Below are positions 11,661 to 21,016 of a DNA stretch of 64,000 bases, piece after piece. The notes below the pieces were generated by a model that searched no databases, was not told where the DNA came from, and saw nothing but the letters and a program-made list of their open reading frames with translations. Within the stretch, counting starts at the first letter, position 1; each line of letters opens with the position of its first letter. This stretch comes from a bacterium. Its GTDB lineage: Bacteria > Acidobacteriota > Blastocatellia > HR10. Position numbers and translations under genes: made by a program. The stretch covers positions 32,001 through 96,000 of the forward strand of contig JBEPZV010000001.1 of NCBI GenBank assembly GCA_041640655.1, written 5' to 3'.

Positions 11661-12029
11661 TTAATGGGCGCAGCAGGCGTCGTCGGTGATCGTCGCGGGT
11701 CGCCGCTGCGCCTGGCTTTCATACAGCAGCAGAGCCTTATGCACCCAGGCTTCGCCCGGGCAGCCGCCCATCGCCATCGCGACGTTCAGTATCTCGATCA
11801 TCTCTTCCCGCGTGACGCCGAGAGCGATCGCTTTCTCGACGTACATCCGCACGCACGGCTCGCACTTGATGATGGTGGAGATGGCCAGCGCCGTGAGCAC
11901 CTTCACCTTCGCGGGAAAGAGACCATCGGCATAGGCGACTTCCCGAATGCGAGCCAGGGCGTCATGAATCTCAGGACTCAACTCTGCCAAATCTACGGTG
12001 ATCATTCCCGTTCTTGTGTCTCTCGCCAT
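11661..12029 (-). CDS. Carboxymuconolactone decarboxylase/AhpD-like protein
   Basis: KVKVLTALAIS...CEPC...GVTREEMIE; C-terminal CCAH. Confidence 0.85.
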   Translation of the reverse strand: MARDTRTGMITVDLAELSPEIHDALARIREVAYADGLFPAKVKVLTALAISTIIKCEPCVRMYVEKAIALGVTREEMIEILNVAMAMGGCPGEAWVHKALLLYESQAQRRPATITDDACCAH

Positions 12030-12127
12030 CTTTTCTCCCTCCGAAAATGTTCCTGCGGCGCAAGCTCGACAGCTTGCGCTCCCTCTCTCCTCTCCCGGTT
12101 CGGATCAACCGGAGAAGACGTTCACCG

Positions 12128-13012
12128 TCACGGTTGAACCGCGCGCACCGCTCCGACTTTGTAGCCGAGCCGGTCAATCGCGGCTTTGAGCTGCTCCGCA
12201 TTGACTTTCGCCGGATCGTACTCAACCACGGCTTGACCTTTTTCATAGCTCGCCTCTACGGACTTGACGCCCGGCAACCGCGTGAGCGCTTGCTCGACGT
12301 TCACCGCACAGCCGGCGCAGTCCATGCCACGAATTTCGATCGTCGCGCGAGCCAGAACGGGCACGTCTTGCGGATGGCGGTTTGTGGCGGTGGTGAATGG
12401 CGCGCTCGCTGCCGAGGTTTTGGCGGCTGAGCCCGCACTCCGAAGAGCCTCTCCGTTCGCTTTCGATGCGGAGCCCGATCGCGCAACGGCATCTCGCGCC
12501 GATTCGGCCGCCAGCGCGGGCGAGTCGGTTTGAGGAGGTTGGGATGGCGCTCGCTCAACAGGTTCCGCCCCCGTCAGCTTGTTCGTTTGTGACTGCAAAT
12601 CGCCTGCCGGATCAGTGTCGGGCGCCCCATGGGAACCCCGTATCGCCTGCGTCTTCTGCTTGGGTGAGAGGAGCGCCCAGACCGCCCCGGAGTAATACGG
12701 AAACGCGGCGAAGGCGATGACAAGACCCGTGGCCAGCCACAGCAGGATCTTATTCCACCGACCCACCGACGGGCGCGTCGCGCACACGCTCCCATCGGCG
12801 CAATGTACTTCCTGCTTGCGATAGGTGAAGTAAAACCCCAGCCCGAGCAGACCGAAAGTCAGCGCCAGCAGATAGGGCCGCCAGGCCTCGAACACGGCCG
12901 CCGCGCCGAAACTCCCCAACCCGGCGACCGCAGCCACAATCGGCCCCAGGCAGCAAAGCGACGCCGTAATGGCCGCCATCACGGATGCGACGAGCGTTGT
13001 CTCTCTTTTCAT
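12128..13012 (-). CDS. MerT-like transporter fused through a long linker to an HMA (MerP-like) domain
   Basis: TASLCCLGP, WRPYLL, HCADGSVCA, AFPYY; C-terminal GMDCAGC. Confidence 0.88.
   Translation of the reverse strand: MKRETTLVASVMAAITASLCCLGPIVAAVAGLGSFGAAAVFEAWRPYLLALTFGLLGLGFYFTYRKQEVHCADGSVCATRPSVGRWNKILLWLATGLVIAFAAFPYYSGAVWALLSPKQKTQAIRGSHGAPDTDPAGDLQSQTNKLTGAEPVERAPSQPPQTDSPALAAESARDAVARSGSASKANGEALRSAGSAAKTSAASAPFTTATNRHPQDVPVLARATIEIRGMDCAGCAVNVEQALTRLPGVKSVEASYEKGQAVVEYDPAKVNAEQLKAAIDRLGYKVGAVRAVQP
12620..12640. repeat. Short, internally deleted form of the palindromic element, within CDS
   Basis: Reverse complement CGGGGTTCCCATGGGGCGCCC. Confidence 0.55.
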
Positions 13013-13039
13013 GGTTTGTACCCTCCATTGCTTGTTCGT

Positions 13040-13496
13040 TGAGAGAAGCCCCGAAGAAAATGCTCGATGACCGGACAGGCTTTGTTGTCGGCGATAGCCC
13101 ACTCGCAGGTGGCTTCGTATCCCGCCAACTCGCGCCTCCGTCGGGGGTGAGCGCAGCATATCGGCGGTGCCGATCCTCAAGTTCCCTCGTTCGCCACCTA
13201 TGAGAGCAGTGATCCGAGTCCGTCGGCTCGGCCCCGACCGGCGCGCCGATTTCCTCCAGCGTGAACCCGAATCTCCTGACCCGCTCGATCAAGGTGATCC
13301 GTTCGATCACGCGCGGGCACTCCACGCGATTCGGAGATCGCGTGGGGACCCCGTTCGGATCAAAGAGACGATAGCCGCTCCGGCTCCGCGCCGCTTGAGG
13401 CCACAAGCCCCGTTGCTCAGAGCAACAGAGCCCGCCCCGGCTGACGCCGCTTCGCGCCTCCACCTCGCCGATCTTGAGCCCGGCCTTGTCCGTCAT
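13040..13496 (-). pseudogene. MerR-family regulator, degenerate and frameshifted paralog of 17851-18291
   Basis: LKIGEV...RSRSGYRLFD...FGFTLEEI; HTH decayed, 14-aa insert, C-terminus lost by frameshift. Confidence 0.75.
13315..13352. repeat. Palindromic element, in-frame 42-bp insert in the merR pseudogene
   Basis: Reverse complement GGGGTCCCCACGCGATCTCCGAATCGCGTGGAGTGCCC. Confidence 0.85.
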
Positions 13497-13516
13497 CGCT
13501 CGGTTCTCACGCTCCG

Positions 13517-13548
13517 AGTGTAAGCCCTGGAACGAACTCCAGAGTCAA
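13517..13548 (-). promoter_or_regulatory. ZntR-type MerR promoter/operator
   Basis: TTGACT-ctggagttcgttccagggct-TACACT, 20-bp spacer with dyad. Confidence 0.8.
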
Positions 13549-13574
13549 GGGCCTTTTGGACGAGACCGACCCTC

Positions 13575-13689
13575 GGGGTTCCCACGCGATCCCTCCGATC
13601 GCGTAGGGTGCTCCCGGCGTGTGTCCGGTTCTCATGCTCCAAAGGGACGACGTGATGGAGTACCCATCTCTAGATCGCCTGGGGTGCCC
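13575..13689. repeat. Two degenerate intergenic copies of the palindromic element
   Basis: GGGGTTCCCACGCGATCCCTCCGATCGCGTAGGGTGCTC and ...TAGATCGCCTGGGGTGCCC. Confidence 0.7.
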
Positions 13690-13933
13690 TTCATAGCCCG
13701 GCGTAGCACGCTGGAGAGGCAATGGTTCGGTTCGATCAAGTCCCCATCGGAAACGCCATCAATCGCCTTCCCGACGGTTTTTATTTCGCCGCTTCGGGGC
13801 TCCAATGATGAACCGGTGGCTTCTTCAGCGTGGTGGGCTTGGGCTCTTGCAGGTCCCCCTTTGGGGGCCGAAGACCCCTCCACCTTCACACTCAACCCGG
13901 ACTTTCCGACCTCCTCCCGGTGAACTAACCGGG

Positions 13934-14467
13934 TTATTGGTTGGGGCGTTGTGATGTTAAGTCGAAACTCTCTACGGCCAGGACGAACACGCCGTCTTTT
14001 CGTTCGAGCAGTTTCCCCCTCAGCGTGACGTCCTGATTCTGAATTCCTTCTGTTGCCTTCAGCTTCCTGAACTGTTCGTTCTTGGCGAGTACGAACACCT
14101 CTCCAGCGTTTCGGGGTCTAATGGTCCACTCCTTCGAGGTTGAGTTGACCCGCCCAATGACCGTGATTTCGATCTCTTTGACGGGATCAAAACCCAACTC
14201 GTCCTTGAGCACCGAGAGGATTCTCCTCACCTCGAAGGGAGTTTGGGCGCTGGCCTCAAGCTCAACAACACCGGAGCGCGAATAAGTGGCCTTTTCGACG
14301 CCAGCCTGGCGCCGGAGCGCAGCCCTCATCGTCTCCGGTCAAAGGAACTTCAGGGACTTATTCGCTCCGACGTCCCCGACAACCGTGAGGCGAATCGGCG
14401 CCTCCTGTGCTCCCACTGGTAAAGAGGCACAAAACAAGAGCAGTACGATCATTGAGACCCTCGTCAT
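13934..14467 (-). CDS. Putative selenoprotein: exported HMA-like protein, U43, 177 aa
   Basis: ORFs 14339-14524 and 13934-14329 share a frame, separated by one TGA (14339-41): KFL-U-PETMRAALRRQAGVEKA; homologous to 21017-21580; hairpin CGGCGCCA-GGC-TGGCGTCG. Confidence 0.75.
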
Positions 14468-14616
14468 AATCGCCCCCTCCTCAGAAAAGAGTGGCGCAGA
14501 CTTCAGTCTGCGCGAGGTTTTCATCGTTTCTGGGCGTCCTCATGGACGCCATGGATAACTCCCCGAAACTCATAAGTCTGGAGAGAAACCCGGCAGCTCG
14601 CTTCACCCGACCGATC

Positions 14617-15015
14617 TCATCGGCCGCAGGAATTCCCCCGCCAATACTTTCCCCATACTCGTTCCGGCAAGAGAGTCAACGCGCAGCCGCCCAGGATCAC
14701 GGCCAGGCCGATCCCCATCCACCCCGTGGCCGAGAGCGACACCAGCCCCACACCGTGAGCCAAAGAGACGCCCGCCCCGATCAAAAACAACGGCCCCGTG
14801 AAATAACAATGCACTCGCCCACAGCGAGCGGCATTCACAAGGCATCCCGCTCCGGCTACACCAAGCGAAACCGACCAGAGCACCGCCCGAAGGCTCGGGC
14901 TTGTGAAAAAGCCAACGGCGAAGACCGCGAGCGGCAGTTTCCATACAATCAGCGAAACCCACTTGCTCGCGACGAGATCTTTCGGCTCAGCGCCACCACA
15001 ACAGTCTGCACTCAT
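14617..15015 (-). CDS. Small Cys-rich membrane protein (mer-operon type)
   Basis: N-terminal CC, CLVNAARCGRVHCYFTGP, about 4 TM. Confidence 0.7.
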   Translation of the reverse strand: MSADCCGGAEPKDLVASKWVSLIVWKLPLAVFAVGFFTSPSLRAVLWSVSLGVAGAGCLVNAARCGRVHCYFTGPLFLIGAGVSLAHGVGLVSLSATGWMGIGLAVILGGCALTLLPERVWGKYWRGNSCGR

Positions 15016-15024
15016 GGCTTCACC

Positions 15025-15552
15025 TCACGTCTCCGTCACGGCGTAGCCATCGGGCATCGGGGCCGCGACAGCTTCCTCCCGCCTTCTTGTCGAATCCGAT
15101 CGCTTCAGCGCTCTGAGCACAACCCCGGTCACCACGCCGAGGCAACACCGGCCCGACGGATTCATGATCTCACAGGCGCATCGGCCGGCCTTGACCTGCG
15201 CCTTGATGTAATCGGGAATCGTCGTTCGTCCCGTCGCCGCGATCTCATCGCGCACCATCTTCTCCGTGACGCCGAAGCAATAGCAGATCGGCACCGGGTC
15301 TTCGGTCTCCTTCACCCCCACCCGCACGCGCACGTCACTTTTGTAGAAGTACGCGTCGGCCTCGTTGGAGAAGTACACGACCGGACACGTGGGCGTCGCG
15401 CAGAAGAAGTGGGGATGATCGGTCAGACGCGCTACCGCCGACTCCACAAGCAGATGCTCCATCGTCCGCCGCGTGACGGGCTTCCCCTTCCGCCCACACA
15501 AGCGGCAGTGGGCGGAATGGACCACGATCGGCACCTGGCAACATTCGGACAT
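15025..15552 (-). CDS. CopZ Zn-binding / BFD-like [2Fe-2S] metallochaperone
   Basis: CRLCG, FFCATPTCPVVYF, PICYCFG, CACEIMNPSGRCCLG. Confidence 0.85.
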   Translation of the reverse strand: MSECCQVPIVVHSAHCRLCGRKGKPVTRRTMEHLLVESAVARLTDHPHFFCATPTCPVVYFSNEADAYFYKSDVRVRVGVKETEDPVPICYCFGVTEKMVRDEIAATGRTTIPDYIKAQVKAGRCACEIMNPSGRCCLGVVTGVVLRALKRSDSTRRREEAVAAPMPDGYAVTET

Positions 15553-15588
15553 GCGTCTTTCACCTCCTTGAGCGACCGGGCTCGTCTG

Positions 15589-16941
15589 TCAGACCATGTA
15601 GCTCACGTCTGAGCAACTGCTCGGATAGGCATAAGGCATCCGCTTCAGATCAGCCGCGCGAAGCCCCAATCTAATGGCCAGGCCAAACAGATTGATGACC
15701 TCCTCGGCATGAGGCCCCAGCAAATGCGCGCCGAGAATCCGATCGCTCCCCTCCTCGACGAGCACCTTGAATCCTGAATGCGTCATTCCCACTCGGCGCG
15801 ACGAATACCAGCCGGATGTATCCTCGCGCTTGACCCTGAACGTCAACCCCTCCGCGCGAGCCTTCTCTTCGTGCAACCCCACCGATGCCAGAGGCGGGAT
15901 CGTGAAGACGACCGTGGGCACCCCCGTGTAATCCGGGCGGCGGTGATTCCCTTCGAGGAGATTACTGGCCACGACCTGCCCTTCGATGGCGGCCACAGGC
16001 GTCAGCGGCGGGCCGCCGCTCGCCGCCACATCGCCGGCCGCGTAGACCGCCGGATTCGAGATGCTCTGGAGATATTCGTTGACGAGGACGCCTCGCCGAT
16101 CGCTCGCCACGCCCGCCACGTCCAGGTTGAGATCCTCGATGTCCGGCGCGCGCCCCGCACCGTGCACCACGAGATCGGCTTCAAACGTGTGCTCCACGCC
16201 TCCAGCGCGAGCCTTCACGATCAGGCCGCCCGATCGCCGCTCGATGGCCTCAACCGAGGTGTCGAGTCGAACGTCTATGCCGATGTCTCGCGTCGCCTGC
16301 ACGAGTCTCTCCACCAGATCCGGATCGAACCCTTTCAGCGGGCGCGACCCGCGATGGAGGATCCGAGCGTGAGCGCCCGCCCGCGCCGCCACATGCGCGA
16401 ACTCGAAGGAGATGTATCCTCCGCCGACGAAGACGATGCGCTCCGGGAGCCGGTCCAACTCCAGGAAGTCATCGCTCGTCGTCAGGAACTCTTCACCCGG
16501 AATCCCGAGCCGGGCCGGGCGCGCGCCCGTCGCGATGACAACATGCCGGGCCACCAACTCTTCATCCCCCACGGCCACAGCCGTCGGAGCCACGAAGCGG
16601 GCTCGACCGTGCACGGTCACGATCCCGGCTTGAGCGAATCGCTTCTCTCGGTTTTCCGGAATCGGATCGGTAAACGTGCGCTTGAAGCGCATCAAGTCCG
16701 ACCACTCGATCCGACACCCATCCGAGGCGATCCCTTTGCCCGTCATTCTGCGCGCCCAGTCCACGACTTCGGCGGCTCCCACGAGAACTTTCTTCGGATC
16801 GCAACCGCGCAAGGCACACGTCCCGCCAAACGGCCTCGAATCAATGACGGCGACGCTCCATCCGGCTGCCCGACACCGATAGGCCACCGTCGCAGCCGCC
16901 GTTCCCGTCCCGATGACGATGAGATCGAATTGTCGCCCCAT
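15589..16941 (-). CDS. Pyridine nucleotide-disulfide oxidoreductase (glutathione reductase/MerA class, no C-terminal CC)
   Basis: IVIGTGTAA, GGTCALRGCDPKK, VGGGYISFE, YAAGD, AYPS. Confidence 0.9.
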   Translation of the reverse strand: MGRQFDLIVIGTGTAAATVAYRCRAAGWSVAVIDSRPFGGTCALRGCDPKKVLVGAAEVVDWARRMTGKGIASDGCRIEWSDLMRFKRTFTDPIPENREKRFAQAGIVTVHGRARFVAPTAVAVGDEELVARHVVIATGARPARLGIPGEEFLTTSDDFLELDRLPERIVFVGGGYISFEFAHVAARAGAHARILHRGSRPLKGFDPDLVERLVQATRDIGIDVRLDTSVEAIERRSGGLIVKARAGGVEHTFEADLVVHGAGRAPDIEDLNLDVAGVASDRRGVLVNEYLQSISNPAVYAAGDVAASGGPPLTPVAAIEGQVVASNLLEGNHRRPDYTGVPTVVFTIPPLASVGLHEEKARAEGLTFRVKREDTSGWYSSRRVGMTHSGFKVLVEEGSDRILGAHLLGPHAEEVINLFGLAIRLGLRAADLKRMPYAYPSSCSDVSYMV

Positions 16942-16952
16942 GATCGCCTCCC

Positions 16953-17801
16953 TCACAGGACGGCCTTGAAGCCGGTCCTGTTGATCGCGTCGGCCACCTG
17001 CTCGAGCGTGACGCGTGCCGGATCGAACGTCACGACGGCGTGCTTCTTCTCGACACTGACCTCTACAGCCTTCACCCCATCGCGCCGCATGAGCGCCTGC
17101 CGGACCGACGCCGCACACCCGGCACAGGTCATCCCTTCGACGGGAATGGTCGCCGTCACGGCCTCGATCGTGAAGCCGGCTTCCTTGACCGCCTCCACAA
17201 GCTTTTCTAACCGGATCCGCTCGGGATCGTACTCGACCAGGGCTTCGCCCTTTTCGTAGCTGGCCGTCGCCGAGCGCACTCCGGGAAGAGCTCCAAGCGC
17301 CGACTCCAGAGCGGCCGCGCACCCGCCGCAGGTCATGCCGCCGACTTCCAGCCGCACGGGGTCCCCACGCGATCCGGAGATCGCGTGGGGTGCCCGCACG
17401 CTTATCGGCCGCTCGACCGCAGCCGATGCGACCGATCCCCCTTGCTCCTTCGACGGACCGTTCAACGCCGCCCAGAATCGCCCGGAATAATAGGGAAACG
17501 CGGCAAAGAGCACGATCACGACCGTAGCGATCCACAGGATCGTCTTCTGCCATCGCGAGGCCTTCCTGGTCGCGCATGCCCCATCGGCGCACGCCGCCTC
17601 TTTCCGGCGATAGGTGAGATAAAACGCCGCCGCCAGCAGCGCGAACGTCACGACGAGCAAATAGGGTCGCCACGCCTCGAAGGCGGCCGCCGCGCCGAAA
17701 CTCCCCAACCCCACGACCGCAGCTACAATCGGCCCCAAGCAACAGAGCGAAGCCGTGATCGCCCCAATGAGCGAAGCTCCAAGTGCGATCTTCTCCCTCA
17801 T
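16953..17801 (-). CDS. MerT-like transporter fused to two HMA domains
   Basis: TASLCCLGP, CADGAC; GMTCGGC and GMTCAGC. Confidence 0.9.
   Translation of the reverse strand: MREKIALGASLIGAITASLCCLGPIVAAVVGLGSFGAAAAFEAWRPYLLVVTFALLAAAFYLTYRRKEAACADGACATRKASRWQKTILWIATVVIVLFAAFPYYSGRFWAALNGPSKEQGGSVASAAVERPISVRAPHAISGSRGDPVRLEVGGMTCGGCAAALESALGALPGVRSATASYEKGEALVEYDPERIRLEKLVEAVKEAGFTIEAVTATIPVEGMTCAGCAASVRQALMRRDGVKAVEVSVEKKHAVVTFDPARVTLEQVADAINRTGFKAVL
17358..17395. repeat. Palindromic element in-frame in HMA strand 1, flanked by CCGCACG direct repeats 42 bp apart
   Basis: GGGGTCCCCACGCGATCCGGAGATCGCGTGGGGTGCCC; CCGCACG at 17352 and 17394. Confidence 0.9.
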
Positions 17802-17819
17802 CGTCCCTCCTTTCACACG

Positions 17820-17839
17820 GGGGTCCCCATGGGGCGCCC
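17820..17839. repeat. Short form of the palindromic element, intergenic
   Basis: GGGGTCCCCATGGGGCGCCC. Confidence 0.6.
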
Positions 17840-17850
17840 CCGACATCCCT

Positions 17851-18291
17851 TCACTCCCGTTTCCGCCCCCGCCGGGGCTTTGACGCGCGAGAGGAAGGGT
17901 GAAGAAAATCCTCGATGACCGGACAGCTCTTCCGCCCGGCGACGGCGCGCTCGCACTCGGCCTTATAGGCCGAGAGCTCGCGACGCAATCGTTTGATCTC
18001 CTCGTACCGCCGATCGAGATCCTCGAGCTTGCGCGCGATCACCTGCAGAACCTCCGCGCACGTCCGCGGTTCGGCCGTCGGTAATTGGAGCAATTGTTTG
18101 ATCTCCTCGAGCGTGAAGCCGAAGCTCTGCGCCCGCTTGATGAAGCGCAGGCGCTCGATCACGCGCGGATCGTACAGCCGATACCCGCTCTGCGTCCGAG
18201 CAGCTCTCGGCAAAAGCCCCAACCGTTCGTAGTAGCGGAGCGTATCCACGCTCACGCCACATTCGGTGGCCACCTGGCCGATCTTCAACAC
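17851..18291 (-). CDS. Heavy-metal-responsive MerR-family regulator
   Basis: LKIGQVA...TLRYYERLGLL...GYRLY...GFTLEEIK; Cys in TCAEV, AECE, SCPVI; GTG start after GGAGG. Confidence 0.92.
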   Translation of the reverse strand: MLKIGQVATECGVSVDTLRYYERLGLLPRAARTQSGYRLYDPRVIERLRFIKRAQSFGFTLEEIKQLLQLPTAEPRTCAEVLQVIARKLEDLDRRYEEIKRLRRELSAYKAECERAVAGRKSCPVIEDFLHPSSRASKPRRGRKRE

Positions 18292-18325
18292 CGCCGCTTC
18301 CCCTCCGCTCGTTTTCACAACCGCC

Positions 18326-18357
18326 AGTATAAACCCTGGACCTATCTCCAGAGTCAA
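18326..18357 (-). promoter_or_regulatory. ZntR-type MerR promoter/operator
   Basis: TTGACT-ctggagataggtccagggtt-TATACT; dyad ACTCTGGA/TCCAGGGT. Confidence 0.85.
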
Positions 18358-18536
18358 GCGAAAGCTTCAGGTGTGCCACCCCAAGCCAGGCACGAGCGGT
18401 TCCCTGGCGGCCATCGCATCTACAGCGATGACGTGCCGATTGCGTATCACCGAATATGTCGAGCGGGGTCTCGCCGGCGCGTGAGTTCGAGCTCCATCGT
18501 TTCACCCGAACATGGGTGACTTGTTGAGTCGCCCCT

Positions 18537-20720
18537 TCAATTGGGTCGGCGCGCGCGTTCGATCGCCTCCAGCGCTGCTGCCAACCACTTCTCGCCCTGG
18601 CCGCCGAAGCCCACCTGCTCCAGGACCACGGTGCCTTCTTGACCGATCAGCCAGCTGCGCGGGATGCTCACAAGCGGCAAGACGCTCTCCACATACGAAG
18701 AGGCCGGGATGACCGGGAAACTGAAGCCGTGCTTGTTGACGTAAGGCTCCACCAATCCGAGATCCGCATCCACGTTGAACGTCAGCACGAGCACATCCGG
18801 GTGATCTTTCAGGCGTTCATAGAGCTTCTGCACGTAGGGCAGTTCCTCGCGGCAGGGGCCGCACCACGTCGCCCAGATATTGATGAACGTGATCTTGCCT
18901 CGGAGATCGGCCAGCCGCCAGGTTCGTCCTCGAAGGTCTTGAAGCTCGAAATCGGGAAGGGGCATCTGGCGCTCCTCCCATGCGCCGGGAGAGGCTTCCC
19001 CAATCGGGGCCGTTGCCCGCGCCAACCACGCATGCCATCCCTCAGTCGTTCCCCCAAGCTCTCTCCACAAGCGCTCGACTCGCTTCGTCAGGTCTTCTCT
19101 CGATGCGCCTCTCTCATCCGGCTCGGGCCCCTCCAGCAGCGCCTTTTGATAAAAGGCGAGGGCATCGAGCTTTCGGTTTTCGGCCTCGGCCAGCCGCGCC
19201 ATCCACTCCCAGTAGATCGCCTGACGTCGAGCGTGGAGGCGCTTTTCTTCGCTCGGAGCCGACTCTTGCGGTCTTCGCCGGACCAGAAAGTCTTCCATCT
19301 GAATGAGCACTTCGCGCGCCTTCTCCCGCCGGTTCATCTTCAGGTAGGCGTCGAGCAAGATCGGCCATCCGCGCCAGTAGCTGTAGTCCACGTTGCCTTG
19401 AAGGGCTTTTTTCGCCTCGGCCGAAAGGTCGTCGCGTCGGACGTCCCGCTCCGTTCTCCGTTCGATCTCGCGGAAGCCGCGCTCAATCAGTTCCGGGATG
19501 CGTTCGAGTCGAACGCCGCGCTTGAGATAGAGCTGAGCGACCTGAAGGGCCGGGGGCGGCAGGGCATAAAAGAGGTCGGACTGTTTTTCCGAAGCGCTCA
19601 GCAGGCGCTCGCCGATCGTCTCGATCTCGACAGAAGGGAGATCGTCCAGCTCGCTCGCGGCCTCAAGTCGTCTCAGCCATGGAGCGGGATGATCGGGCCA
19701 GCGCTGAATCCATTCCTCGGTTGCGCGGAAGAGGGCGCGATAGTACGCTCGACGCTTCTCCGGAGGGTCGGTCTCGCCGGGGCGAGGGTGAGCCGCGTTC
19801 CATCGGTCGTAGACGATGAGGGACATCACGCCGCTGGAGTGAGGGAATCGGCGCAGCATCTCCTCTTCCACCCAGCGAAGGCCCTGGGCGTCGCCGGTCA
19901 TCTCGTAGCCCGTGCGAAGCGTCAAAAGCCCGCGCAAGGTGTTGCCCAGCCCCAGATCGCGCAATCGCGTGAGGTCTTCTGCGATCTGTTTTCGGAGCCG
20001 CGGATGTTCCGTCACGGGCTTCGCCTGGAACTCCAGTCGCCACAGGGTTTGGTAATAGGAGAGGTCTTCGGGATCGGTCCGGCTCCGAAGCCGTACGCGC
20101 AGCTTTTGGGCGGCCTCGGCGAGGAACTCCCGATCGTCCATCCGGCCGGCAAGCTCATACGCCTCCACGCTCGAGGGGCAGAGCCTCATGAACGTCTCCA
20201 GATGGGCGCGCGCTTTCTGCAGATCTTTCCAGGGGCCCTGCAGATGGATTCGGGCCAGCGCCAGGTGAGCCAGCGGGAAGTCGGGCGCTCGCTCGATGGC
20301 CTTTTCGAGAAGCGCGATCGCCAGGTCGGTCTGTCGGCCGATGAGGCTGTTGCCGTACAGGTACAAAGCGAGAGGATCATGGGGCTGTCGTTCGAGTCGT
20401 GCCTTGTACTCGGCGATCAGCGAATCCAGCTCATCGTCCATGACCTGCTCGATGAAGCCCAGGTAGCGACGGTGGACGAAGGGATCGTCGGGAAATTGTC
20501 TCAACAGGGGGCGCAGGATGGCCAATCCTCGCTCTCGGCGTTGCTCTCGTCCCGTGCGCGCGTCATCATCGAAGGACAATTTCCGGAGGGCCAGTTTTAC
20601 TTCGGGAGATGGCTCACAAGGAGAGTTCACCGCTTGTGGCCACACAGAGGCTTTAAGCGTCACGGCGAGGACGCCGCTTAAAACGACCTGTCGCCACGTG
20701 ATCTTCTTGTTGGCCTTCAT
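18537..20720 (-). CDS. Exported TPR/helical-repeat protein with C-terminal TlpA thioredoxin domain
   Basis: Signal peptide, TPR-like repeats, NIWATWCGPCREE. Confidence 0.85.
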   Translation of the reverse strand: MKANKKITWRQVVLSGVLAVTLKASVWPQAVNSPCEPSPEVKLALRKLSFDDDARTGREQRRERGLAILRPLLRQFPDDPFVHRRYLGFIEQVMDDELDSLIAEYKARLERQPHDPLALYLYGNSLIGRQTDLAIALLEKAIERAPDFPLAHLALARIHLQGPWKDLQKARAHLETFMRLCPSSVEAYELAGRMDDREFLAEAAQKLRVRLRSRTDPEDLSYYQTLWRLEFQAKPVTEHPRLRKQIAEDLTRLRDLGLGNTLRGLLTLRTGYEMTGDAQGLRWVEEEMLRRFPHSSGVMSLIVYDRWNAAHPRPGETDPPEKRRAYYRALFRATEEWIQRWPDHPAPWLRRLEAASELDDLPSVEIETIGERLLSASEKQSDLFYALPPPALQVAQLYLKRGVRLERIPELIERGFREIERRTERDVRRDDLSAEAKKALQGNVDYSYWRGWPILLDAYLKMNRREKAREVLIQMEDFLVRRRPQESAPSEEKRLHARRQAIYWEWMARLAEAENRKLDALAFYQKALLEGPEPDERGASREDLTKRVERLWRELGGTTEGWHAWLARATAPIGEASPGAWEERQMPLPDFELQDLRGRTWRLADLRGKITFINIWATWCGPCREELPYVQKLYERLKDHPDVLVLTFNVDADLGLVEPYVNKHGFSFPVIPASSYVESVLPLVSIPRSWLIGQEGTVVLEQVGFGGQGEKWLAAALEAIERARRPN

Positions 20721-21016
20721 CGTGCCCTCCCGATCGGAAGGAACTCTGCCAGAAGATAATGCCACATTCAAGCGCGGCGAGGCTATGTACGTCACCGGCT
20801 CGACAAGGGCTGCCGCCATGGCACGTGAGGCATCGAACCAGGGCGTTCCGTCGTGCGGCGGCACTCGGGCCTGTCTGCCGACAGGCGGATGACCGTGATG
20901 GCCGCCGTGCTCTCGCATCCTGGGTCAAGGGAGAACCCTTGCTCTTCGCCTTTTCGAGCGCGTTATTGAGAGGGTTACTTTTTGCGCCGCGGCTCTAGAG
21001 CTCGCTCGGACTCAGA

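Noticed and set aside
13632..13895. 87-aa ORF as a functional gene
   Set aside because: No intact motif, and it runs into repeat copies; at most a decayed remnant
15589..17742. 717-aa ORF as a fusion protein; likewise the N-terminal extensions of 21636-23021 and 42453-43898
   Set aside because: The extensions overlap real genes in other frames or strands; downstream starts fit better (RBS-supported at 16941 and 43188, less certain near 22649)
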